Shown here: in pieces, positions 23,501 to 33,900 of the stretch
Position numbering within the stretch: the stretch's first letter is position 1
Layout: each line of letters opens with the position of its first letter
Notes under the pieces: model-generated
Database searches by the model: none
Seen by the model: only the letters and a program-made list of their open reading frames with translations
What the model was told of the DNA's origin: nothing
Made by a program: the position numbers and the translations under genes
NCBI GenBank assembly: GCA_905178155.1
Contig: CAJINV010000030.1
Coordinates: 1-36,047 of the forward strand
Source of the DNA: Amoebophrya sp. A120
Taxonomy: Eukaryota; Protista; Dinoflagellata
Direction: 5' to 3'
Length of the DNA stretch: 36,047 nt

Positions 23501-26500
23501 TTCGAAAGTAAGAAGATGAAATATTCCCTTTACTTATTCCTATGAACAAAACTCCTTAAGAACTCCCCTTAAGACTTCCCTTAAGAAACTCCTTAAAAAA
23601 AGGTGGGGGGGGAATCGTTCATACCATTCGGGTTCATTTTTGCGCCGGCGGCATGCTGCGTTTTTCGGTGTGCGTTGGCGCAAGGTTTTGGCACCCAGAA
23701 AACCAGGCCCATAGCATGGGGATTCAGGCCGAAAGGTTTTAAGGCGATTTCTTTAAGGGGAAATCTTTAAGGGGCATCTTTAAGGGGATTCTTAAGGGAA
23801 TCTTTAAGGTGATCTTTAAGGGGATGCCTAAGGGGGCCCGTAGAGCGGCCCACGCGATTTCGTCAGGGGACAGGGCGCAAAAAGCTAACTACTGCAGGGC
23901 CCTGCCGTGAGCAGAGCGGCAACCACGGACCACAACAAGAGACACACCATGCGCAAGGCAGCCGGCAGGCTAGCGGCGGCCGGTAGGCTAGCAGTGGCTG
24001 GTCGGCAGGCTGGTCAGCGGCAAGCGGAAGGCTAGCAGTGGCTGGTCGGCAGGCTGGTCAGCGGCAAGCGGAAGGCTAGCCGCGGCTGGCAGGCCAGCGG
24101 CAGCCGGCAGGCTAGAAGTGGCCGGGGACTATGTAGTGGCGGCCGGTCCTGCCAATGGGCTAGCGCGCGGCCGGCACAGAGGCTAGCGGCAGTCCGCGGC
24201 ACGCGGTGCGGCAGCCGGAAGCAAGGCAGGGGCAGCTAGCGGCAGCCGGCGGCGCGCGGTGCGGCAGCCGGCAGGGCAGGCCGAGGCCAGCGGCAGCCAG
24301 CAGGCCGGGGCGAGCGGTAGCCGGCCCCGAGGCTAGCGGCAGCCGGAAGGGAGAGGCCAGCGGCAGCCGGCAGGAACAGGCGAGCGGCAGCCGGCAGGAA
24401 CGAAGGGGCGAGCGGTAGGTAGCCGGCAGGCAAAGGCCAACGGCAGGAAGAGGTTGGCGGCAGGAAGAGGCTAGCGGCAGGAAGGGGCCAGCGGCAGGAA
24501 GAGGCCAGCGGCAGGCAGAGGCCGGCGGCAGGCAGATGCCCGCGGCAGGCAGCCGGCAGGAAGAGGCTAGCGGCACGCAGGCAGCCGGCAGGCAGGGGCC
24601 AGGGGCGGCGGGCAGCCGGCAGGCAGAGGCCAGGGGCGGCAGCCGGAAGGCAAAGGCCCGCGGCAGCCGGCAGGCAGAGGCTAGCGGCAGCCGGCAGGCA
24701 GATGCTAGCGGCAGCCGGCAGGAAGAGGCTAGCGGCAGCCGGCAGGCCGAGGCCAGCGGCAGGAGGGGGCCGGCGGCAGGAAGGGGCCAGCGGCAAGCAG
24801 AGGCCAGCGGCAGGCCGAGGCCAGCGGCAGGAGAAGGCTAGCGGCGGGCGGGGGCCAGAGGCAGGCAGAGGCCAGTGTCAAGCGGGGGCCCGGCGGCAGG
24901 CAGAGGCAGGCCAACGGAAGGAAGGCAGAGGCCAGCGGGCGGCAGGATGGGGCCGGCGGCAGGAAGGGGCCAGCGGCAGGCAGAGGCCAGCGGCAGGCAG
25001 CCGGCAGGCCAAGGCTAGCGGCGGGCAGCCGGCGGCCCGAGGCTACCTTGCGGCAGGCAGCGGCAAGCGGTAGGAGGGGGCTAGCGGCAGGAAGAGGACA
25101 GCGGCAGAAGGAAGCCAGTGGCAGGCGGAGGCCAGCGGGAGGCAGAGGCCAGCGGCAGCCGGCAGGCAGAGGCCAGCGGCAGCCGGCAGGCAGAGGCCAG
25201 CCAGCGGCAGCCGGCAGGCAGAGGCCAGCGGCAGCCGGCAGGCAGAGCCAGAGGCCAGCACGCGGCAGCCGGCAGGCAGAGCCAGAGGCCAGCACGCGGC
25301 AGCCGGCAGGCAGAGCCAGAGGCCAGCACGCGGCAGCCGGCAGGCAGAGCCAGAGGCCAGCACGCGGCAGCCGGCAGGCAGAGCCAGAGGCCAGCACGCG
25401 GCAGCCGGCAGGCGGAGGCCAGCAAGCGGCAGCCGGCAGGCAGAGGCCATCGGCAGCCGGCAGGTAGAGGCCAGCCCGCGGCAGCCGGCAGGTAGAGGCC
25501 AGCCCGCGGCAGCCGGAAGGCAGAGGCCAGGCCGCAAGCGGCAGCCGGCAGACAGAGGCCAGCAAGCGGCAGCGGGCAGGCGGGGGCCAGCGGCAGCCGG
25601 CAGCCAGGCTCAGGCTATTTTTCTAGCGATGGCCGGCAGGTTGAGGCTATGTAGCGGATGCCGGCGGGCAGAGGCTGTCTAGCGGAAGCCGGCAGGCAGA
25701 GGCCGCCTAGCGGCAGCCGGCAGGCAGAGGCTACATACCTAGCGGCAGCCGGCAGGCAGAGGCTTGCGGCAGCCGGCGGGCAGAGGCTGGCGGCAGCCGG
25801 CAGGCAGAGGCCAGCGACAGCCGGAAGGCAGAGGCCAGCGGCAGCCGGCCGGCAGGGGCTAGCGCGCGGCAGCCGGCGGGCTAGCGGCAGCCAGCCGGCA
25901 GGCTAGCGGCAGCCGGTCGGCAGGCAGGCCGGCAGAGAGTCGGCCTGGAGTCGGCCTGGCAGGCCGGAGCGGGGCAAGAAGCTGGCGCGGGTTTGTCAAA
26001 AGCCGGCGCGCGAACGCGCACAACGCCCCCACTGACATCGGGCCCCCTCTCCCTGTCTCCTTGGAGTTTACTCAGCCACCGACTTACCGGTCGCAACCGA
26101 CAACCCCAAGACCAGGCGAGCCCAGCAGGGCTCGCCCCGAGGCTTGTTAGAATTATTTATAGGCTTTGTTGAGGAGAAGTTCTACTATTCAGCCATGAAT
26201 CCAAAAAATGACCACATCGCATCTTAGTCATTCGTTCCGCACTATACAGAAAACTACAAAAAAACAGGAGCCTCGACGAGTCGTTGATTCGATCCCCTGG
26301 CGTGGGCGCGTATCCTGTGCAAAAGCATCGTACTCGTAGAAGTTGCAGCCATGCATTACAAATACAAATCTCGCTCCCAAGGCAAATCAGCATGACAAAT
26401 TCCATTTGTCATGCTCGTGCTGAGATAATTTGCATATGCAATTACCACTAGTACGATGCTTTTGCAATGCATAGCACGCTGGATCGATCCATTGTGTCGA

Positions 26501-27736
26501 CCGAACATTCGTTTCTGGAGCGGTCCTCGTTTCTGTCGCCCAACACGGAAATCCGGCAGGAAAGGAAATTGAAGGAGATTCGCGCGAAGCGGGCCGAAAT
26601 CCGTCGGGAACTCGACAGTGCCCGGAACACCGCATCGAAGGGTGGAGATCATGCAGACGGTATACCGGCGGCAGACCAAATAAGCTCCGTGGGGATTATT
26701 TCTGCCCCACCAGCACCGTTGAAACTGGGTTCCTCTGCAGCTTCTGCGGATTCTAGCAACTCGACGCTCGCCCGTCCGGGTACCGCCACCAGCCTCGGAG
26801 GCTCCCAGCTGCTGGAGATGGAACTGAGCCAAAAATCGGATTCTCCGGTGTTGGCAAGTAAACTCCGACAAAGCAGCAGCTATGCACTGTTGCAAAAGAT
26901 AAAGTATCGTACTCGTAGTTCTACTTGCAGTACTGACATGTACAAATTCATCCAGTCAAGACAAACTGTTGATTATGAATTGTGACGTTTGAACCCTTAG
27001 ATAAAGAAGGAAGATTTTGATACTGCAGAAATGCTGCACCGTATTCTATTTGAGTACGATCCCTTTGCATCGGGGATAGCAGCACAACCGCAGCCGGCAT
27101 GATTCCCCCCCCACCGCCACCGGTCCCCAAGAGCGCCGTCGGTAGCGCGGGAGGAGCTCCTCCACGGGCACCAACGGCTTTGGCCGTCCCGCCCCCGCCC
27201 GTGAACAAGTTACCGCAAAATGCACCGCCGGTATTGAAGATTCATTGGCGATAGAACTGAGTTCTCGTTTCATGTACATAACATTGGTGGTCTTACCTTA
27301 GTAGTTGTCAACCTGCATACTTACTACAATCGGACTTCTTTTCATGATGGATGCAAAAGATGAAGCAAAATTCTGTCAACACCTCCTGCAGGCATCGACG
27401 TTTCTGGTGGGCAAGCGCGGCGGTGGAATTTTGACTCCCCGAGAGGACCAGGATCAAGGGGACTTGTTTGACGCGTCTTTGACTTCCGATAAGCAGCTGT
27501 TGGAGCTGCAGCAGCAGTCTCCGAGCTTCGTTCAGGGGAAGAACCTGAAAAAAGTTCCCCTCGGATTGCGCGCTGCCGATCAGAGAGGGGTGCTGGACGG
27601 ACCCCCCGCATTGCCGCAGGGAGCAGCTGCTGCGACCTCAAGTCTCAAGCAGGCTTCGGCCTCGCTCGCGCTACCGCCAGCACCACCCGCGGCGCCGAAG
27701 CCGCCAAAACAGGTGAAGCAGAAGTACTTGACTTAG
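20521..27736 (+). CDS. Multi-exon gene 1: low-complexity Ser/Pro/Gly/Ala-rich hypothetical protein (about 740 aa or more; start not resolved)
   Basis: Exons ~20521-20659, 20903-21005, 21236-21409, 21697-21769, 21954-21996, 22201-22295, 22458-22802, 23070-23392, 26268-26310, 26479-26880, 27084-27230, 27392-27736 join in one open frame (...RQDDREDHDQRW...DVPKSRRSS...MKDTSLDESLIRSPG...QKYLT*). The join across 23393-26267 is inferred; the two halves could be separate genes. Confidence 0.7.
20660..20897. mobile_element. Introner family IV (non-canonical intron)
   Basis: TACTAGAGTGCACAA...TTGTGCAATCTGATA; DR CGACC/CGATC; removal gives RRD-RFRIEN. Confidence 0.88.
21006..21230. mobile_element. Introner family II (non-canonical intron)
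   Basis: TATGGCGCCCTCAAACGTCACA...TGTAACGTTTGAGTGCCCCATA; DR CCCAA/CTGAA; frame restored. Confidence 0.88.
21410..21691. mobile_element. Introner family V (non-canonical intron)
   Basis: TATGAGATTGC...GCAATCCCATA; DR TCGTC/TCTTC; frame restored. Confidence 0.82.
21770..21948. mobile_element. Introner family IV-like (non-canonical intron)
   Basis: TATGTGAGCGCACAA...TTGTGCACTCCCATA; DR GGATA/GGACG; frame restored. Confidence 0.82.
21997..22195. mobile_element. Introner family VI (degenerate, ends ATG)
   Basis: TATGGCGGTGAATAAA...TTTTTTCCCGACCATG; DR TCCGA/TCGGA; removal gives PASP-MPPPP. Confidence 0.72.
22296..22452. mobile_element. Introner family I (DR eroded)
   Basis: TATGAATTGCAAAAGTATCG...CGATACTTTTGCACAGGATA; flanks GCGAC/TTACC; removing element plus 5 nt restores the frame. 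Confidence 0.88.
22803..23064. mobile_element. Introner family VII
   Basis: ~30-bp TIR TATCAAAAGCAAAAATGTCGGGGTCTGGGAA...TTCCAGACCCAGGCATATTTGAATTTGATA; DR CACCG/CACCG. Confidence 0.92.
23551..23836. repeat. Two opposed clusters of short CCTTAA/TTAAGG(GG) repeats
   Basis: 4 x CCTTAA at 23551-23598 and about 7 x TCTTTAAGGGG-like at 23748-23836. Confidence 0.8.
23955..25965. repeat. Minisatellite (GGCAGCCGGCAGGCAGAGGCCAGC)n-like, T-poor on + strand; includes 5 near-perfect 34-bp units at 25234-25403
   Basis: Direct reading; CACGCGG recurs every 34 bp from 25259 to ~25395. Confidence 0.93.
26115..26147 (+). other. GC hairpin plus CTTG|T, Helitron-like 3' terminus
   Basis: GGCGAGCCC-AGCA-GGGCTCGCC perfect 9-bp stem, 6 nt, then CTTGT, at the switch from GC-rich to AT-rich DNA. 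Confidence 0.45.
26311..26473. mobile_element. Introner family I, reverse orientation
   Basis: TATCCTGTGCAAAAGCATCGTACT...AGTACGATGCTTTTGCAATGCATA; DR GCGCG/GCACG. Confidence 0.88.
26881..27078. mobile_element. Introner family I-like
   Basis: TATGCACTGTTGCAAAAG..ATCGTACTC...GAGTACGATCCCTTTGCATCGGGGATA; DR GCAGC/GCAGC; frame restored. Confidence 0.85.
27231..27391 (+). other. Canonical GT-AG intron
   Basis: CCG|GTATTG...CTCCTGCAG|GCA, phase 0, joins APP-ASTFLVGK. Confidence 0.75.
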
Positions 27737-27995
27737 GATGGCTGCAAACTTCATAACTTTTTCTTTGTGGGGTTGGGGAATGGAAGACGTAGTTCATTCT
27801 TGTATGCAGCAGTTGCATTTCGCTCTTGCCGCGGCTGGAACTGCTACTGTCTTCAAACTGCTCAATTTGTCTTATTCAATCGCGATTATGACAAGAACGA
27901 ATCGCTTGTATTTGAACAAGCAGTGCGTTGTAATATGCCGACGTAGTCGTGAGCAAAGAATTTCACCATGAACAAAATTAATAATTTTGAAGAGC

Positions 27996-30900
27996 ATGAT
28001 GAAGATGATAGCCGACTACAAGGTCAGAAACAAAACCTGCGAAAATTTTGTTTGCCTTGTTCATCCCCTTGAACAGTTGTTTGTGTTTGCCAGCTGCATA
28101 CCTTTCCGAGCGACGTGAAATCGGTGTACCAAAAGTATCTCGACGATATTCTCGGAAAATTACCCATGCCGCCATCTGCATGACAAACCCAGAATTTGAT
28201 ACGTATTTTGCATGACAAATTGTGGATGGGTTTGGTGGTAAATTTTCAGGGAATAGACGACCCCGAGATCAACCAGAAAACTTTGATTCCCCTTGCCAAG
28301 GCCGAGCAAATCCTCACGAACGTCGGGTGTTTGCCTAACTGGAAGGATCTGTTGCTCGGCGACGCAGGTAGGGAAGCAGCAGAGCCGCAAGTGAATATTC
28401 GGACGCTGGTGGTGTTTCTTTCCGCACACACCAAGGTCCGCAAGAAGACGCAGCTGCGGTTTGCCGCCCTGTTCCTCGGGGATCCCGCTGAGGAAGGCCA
28501 GATCTCCCAGGAGGTCGCCGAGGTCATCCAGAAGGGCCATCAGCTGTACCAGAAGGGGCTCGATGCGATTAGTGCGGGTGGAGCTTCCAATACCGGTAAG
28601 CCTGCGGAGATAGTCAGCAAGCAAGATAGCGATTCGACGTGGCCGCATGGAATCAAGGTACAACTAGGCTGATATTGCTGCCTCTACTCTTGGTCTTGAA
28701 GATAGGTAAATATAAAAGTAAGAGTGAATGAAAATTCTTTGCCGGGCTTTAAACCCAAATCGTGCATAGAAAAAGAACTGGAACCGGGATCGTGATCTCG
28801 GCAAGCAAACAGTTCTGCATCTTCTGTCGAGATTGAAATAAAATTCATGCAGATCCCCGCTCTGTTCCGTAACCGCGAACGCGTGGAACTGGAGGAGTTC
28901 ATCAACAGTGCGCTTGCAGCAAGCAAACAGGGTCTGCGGCGGGCGTCCGGACGCTACTCAAGCGACGATGACCAGCAGGCGGCTTTGGCAGTAGACCACG
29001 GAACGCCGAGTGCAGCATCCGCGGCGCAACAAAAGCAGCGTCGGAGGTCCTCGCAGCGGCTGTCGTCCCAGGAACGCGGTGGTGGTGGCTACTCCTCGCA
29101 GGAAGATATGCTCAACACGCAGACTACCCCATCAACCCGTGGGCGGTCACTATTTCGTGCCCGCGGCGAAGGGGAGGCCCCCTCAGCGAACTTCGTAAGG
29201 CCTGTGCAGCACCGGCGTCGCGGACGCAGTATCGACGAGGAGGAAAGACAGGCCCGGGAGGACGATGAAATAGATCCCGATCCGGACATCAGTAGTTCCG
29301 CCGCGGAGGATGATGAAGTACTTGCGGAGGAGCGCGGGTCCTCCCTGAAGATTCGAGACCAAGTCACGATAAACATCGACGAGCACCAAATAGAGCCCGC
29401 CGGAACTAGAAGAACGACAGGAAGACCTACGGCAGTGGCAGTCCCGCTCACGACAGAGGACCTGGAGAAGCAGACGCGAAAAAAGGAAATCTTCGGGGCT
29501 GATGGTTCTTTATTTCCACCACGACCTGCTGATGCTCAACAAGAAGAGGAACAAGGAATACAAGCTCAGCCTGACCGTGCAGACGTACGCGTCGCAAAGA
29601 GCAAAAAGAAGCAGCGACGCAGAAGCACGTCCACACACGGGAAGTCCTCAGACGAAGAAGAAGAGCAGGCTGCAACTACAGTCGGGGTCAGGGACGAGCA
29701 ATATCAAATATGAAAGTGTCTGGGTCTGGAAGAATGCAACTTGTCATGCTAAATCTGAAGCATGCGAAAAATCTGTGTTGCATGATTACCAAAAGTCGTC
29801 CAGTTTTGACCAAGTCGGGAGGGAGTTTCTCATGCAGGATTGGCATGAAAGAGATCGCACAGAATCAGTCATGCTAGGTCCTGCATTCCAGACCCCATGG
29901 GTCATGGACAAGCTGCATGACAAATCGCGCATTCTTCCAGACCCAGACATTTTTGCATTTGATAAGCAAGCGCGGAGTACAAAGGGTCGCGTGAACTTCC
30001 CGCCGGACGCGGATCTCGTGGAGGAAAAGGTATCAAAAGGAATAATCCCCCTCCCCATATCAAAAAGGTATGTTTGCGAAAATTTGTGTTGCTGATTTGA
30101 GGTCACAAATCACATTTGTCTTGCAAGAAGACAAGGGCAGAAGCTTCCGCCCGATTATGGAAGCGATCTGTCATGCTACTGGGCCTAAAAGTGAGCCGCT
30201 TGCCATGCTGAACAACTAGACCCATACGCTCCTGCCTAGCCTGGGGATCTGGCCGCAATGAATGCCTCTCTGCAGTATATCCCTGATTTGTGTACACAGC
30301 TCCGGCATCAGAAATTCCGTTTTGATATGGGGGGAGGGATTTTTCATTTCGATAGAAGGCGATCTTTGACCAGAGCGGCACTCTGATGGGCACAACGGGC
30401 GAACAGGAGCAATCGGAGCTTTTGCAGCAGCTGGAAGCACTGCTGCAACTGAAGGTGGACCAGTGGCCCCTAGCAAAGGAGAGCGACCATATGGCATTCT
30501 CAACTGTTACATTCTCAACTGTTACATGGATTTGTTATGCAAAACTTTCATCAGTATCTACATTATCAAGCTGCCTCGCATGACAAATTTCCGAAGGGCT
30601 GAACAGCATTTAAATCTGTGCCAAACCTGTATTGCGAGAGGCGAAATCTTCCCGCTTGCACTTTTGCCATTCTTGCATTACAAATCCATGGAACAGCTGA
30701 GGATGTAAACGTTTGAGAACATCATAGACCACCGGGCTCAGTTGCTGTCCGTCCGGATGGGGCAGATGCTACGCGGAGGTGCAGGTGGAAGTGCAAATTA
30801 CAACACAACGGCAGGAGGAGCTGGCGCGACAAATGGAGCAGGAGGACAACCGACCACCAATCTCGGGTACCAAAAGCGCGCGAAGACGACGCTGCAATAT

Positions 30901-33900
30901 CGCAAATTGGGGGATCATGTTGTCCCGGCGGACTCCTTCCTGCTCGGCGGCGGCACGGAGAACAAAAGCAGCACGAAGGAGGCCATTATGAACTGCAAAA
31001 GTAGAAGTAATATCGTACTCGTATAAATGCATTACAAATTTGCTCAGCATGAGAAAAGAAATTCGTATTGCTGCTGTACCTTAAGAAAAAGATTTGTGAT
31101 GCAGGACTGCAATACGAGTGCGATACTTTTGCACAGGATAGCCATGAAGCTGGTGCAACGACTCCAGCTGGAGGAGGACTTTGCGGCCGAGAAGAACCAG
31201 AAGAACCTTCAAGACCGGACGCCCGAGCAGTCGCGGTACCAGGGGAACCGCTCCCCACGGCAGCTGTTGCTGGGACCCAAGCTCACAGAGGCAAAGTTGA
31301 AGAAGAAGTTGGAGACAAAGACTGCTTCCAAAACTTCGTCCAGCAAGGAGCAGAAAAAGGACGGTCCTCGTGCAGCAGCAGGTACAACTGACGAAACTAC
31401 TGCCAAAAACACGTCCAAAAACAAGTCGTTTCTGGCTAAGTCTGACCCGTTTCTGGAGGATTTGATGAGCTTTGCGCGCGGGAAACGGGAGAAAGACGCG
31501 AGCAAGACGGCGACGGAGCAAGGGAAGGGGAAAAGTTTGGAAGAAGAGGAGCAGCTGTCGGAGCCGGGGTCGACCACACTCTCGACGTCGAACGTGCGGG
31601 ATCAAGCGAACGAATTTGGCGATTTGTCTGACGCCGAGATCTCGTCCGTCGGCGGCAGCAGCACCCGGAGCAGCCGCCGCGGGGGTTCGCGGAAGATGAA
31701 GAAGAAGCGAAAGAAAAAGCACAAAAAGAATCACTCCGCTCGCTCCAGCGAAGCCGGTGACAGCGACGATGCGGGGTTCTCCGAGGTGGACTTGAACGAC
31801 TCGGAGACTAACTCCACGGGTAGCCGAGTGCGGACCCTGGAAGAAATTTTGCGTCCGAAGGGGGACGACATGCCCAGCGACCCGGAGGACCTAGTGGACC
31901 ATTCGCGGCAGCTACGCATGGACAAAATAGGTGTTACAGTTCTTACATATTGTGTTGCTTTGCAGGCAACCCTGCACATGCAACGTCTGTCACCACGGAA
32001 TAAATGCTTGCAACCCTCATTTCATGCGTCATTATGCAACGTAGCCATTGTTCCATTGCAAGTCCAAGTAGTTTGTCTTGGTGAAGTTCGCACTGTAACT
32101 ACTTTTTTTTCCTTGGATAGCAGCCGTTGGTTCGCGATGCCGCCACTCTGCACGACTTCGAGCGCAAGGACGAAAATAACTTGCTCCTCGAGGGGTGGTA
32201 TGAATTGCACAAGCATCGTACTAGTATATTGCATGACGAATAATTTCCTCAGCATCAGAACTGGAATTTGTAATGCTGATTGATCTTAGGAAAAAGATTT
32301 GCAATGCACAATTGCAATTACGTACAAGTGCGATACTTTTGCACTGGATAGGTGGCGCTGGCTGCTGTGCTACCGAGGAACATCCAATGCCAAGCGGGCC
32401 GTCGCGGGGTGCAGCTTTTATCCTATGTAAAAACGTCCCCACCCCATAGTCAAGATGGGGAATCCGCTAGACAAATCCCCAAGTTTTGACTGTTTGGCAT
32501 GACAAATGTGGTCTCGTAGTGTAGTGCTGTTTAAGGTAGCTCAACAGCATCACAGATCTAGTGCGTCATGCTGATTGGAGTATGACAGATCCCAAAACAC
32601 GACTAGAAAATGCCTCTCATGGGGCTCCGCAAAAGAAACACTCCTAGCATGCAGATTTGCATTACAACTTTGGGTTGGGGACGTTTTTAAATGCGATAGC
32701 TTTTTGGGGCTCGTCACCGGCGCGACCATACTGGCCTTGGCCCACGAGGTATGAGAGTGCACAACTCGTCGCCCCCCCCTCATTGTCATGCCAAATCCCA
32801 AATCCAGCTGGACTGGCACTGGTGCTTTGTAGCATGATTTGCAAGACAAATTCCGAAACCTAAGCAGTAAGCACTTCCACACTCGGCGCGTAAACTTGTC
32901 ATGCGCAGGCTCCTCTTGTGATTGTGTTGGGTGCATAAAAATGTGGGGGAGAGGGATTTGTGCGCTCTGATACAACGGGTACGCGGATAACCGAGATCAG
33001 TCCGCGCAGATGTATCCTGAGCGAAAACGCCCCCGCCACAGAGTTGTCATGCAGATTTGCAATGACAGGTACATTTGTAATGGGCATCTCCATGAGAGGC
33101 AGTTCCTGTCGAGTTTTCGTATTTGTAATGCTGTAACCAGGAAGAGCAGATGGATTTGTGATGCGTTATTTGTCCTTGCTAACCTCCTGCACTACACAAC
33201 GGACTGCAGCTTGTGATGCGTGAATCCCAAAAGAACTTCTAGGTTTGTGTTGCAAAATTATCCCCATCTTGACTCTGGGGTTGTGGGGGCGTTTTTACAC
33301 AGGATAAGATGAAGAAGATCCTCACCATGTTTGGGGTGTTCTTGACCCTCTTCTCGGGCGTCGCCTTCTTCACCACCACGTGCTGCTTCGACTACAACAA
33401 CTTCAACAACGGAAGGGATAGCAAGAATCTGAAAACAAATCTTCCCGCTGGGTCGCCGTCTTCCAGTGGAGCCACGACAGCACAAGCAGTGGCTCAGTAC
33501 GGGAAGAAGATGGGCAGCAGTAATAAAAGGGCTGCAAAACAACTACTGAACAATAAAACAGCAGGCGGGGGTCGTGCAGGTCCTAGTGGGCCGCTGCGGG
33601 AAATAAGGATAGATCAACAGAACAATAGCTTGTTGAGCGACGAAGAGCGACTAGCGGAAAACTTCGAAGAGGGCGACTTTTACGAGGGGCTACTGCCGAG
33701 CTCGCAGGAAGGCATTTTCCAGGGTACCACGATGATTCGCCCGACGCAGTTTGCAGCCATGCTTCCCGAAAAGGAGCGTTTGCGGTTCAACAAGCGGTTG
33801 AAGGCACGGGAGCAGGAGAGCTTTCTGAAAAGTGGGCGGTTCCTGACGGTCGACGACGAGGAAGACGAAATGTTTGCAGCGCCGACCATATCAAATGCAG

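Larger units (their letters stand above)
23393..26267 (+). other. Putative 2.9-kb canonical GT-AG intron containing repeat elements
   Basis: AC|GTACTT donor and AAACAG|GAG acceptor (an alternative CAG ends at 26249) join the flanking frames in phase 2; the downstream frame has no ATG of its own. Confidence 0.55.

Noticed and set aside
24160-25906. CLPAAA / GSRQAEAS repeat ORFs
   Set aside because: These are translations of the minisatellite with frequent frame changes.
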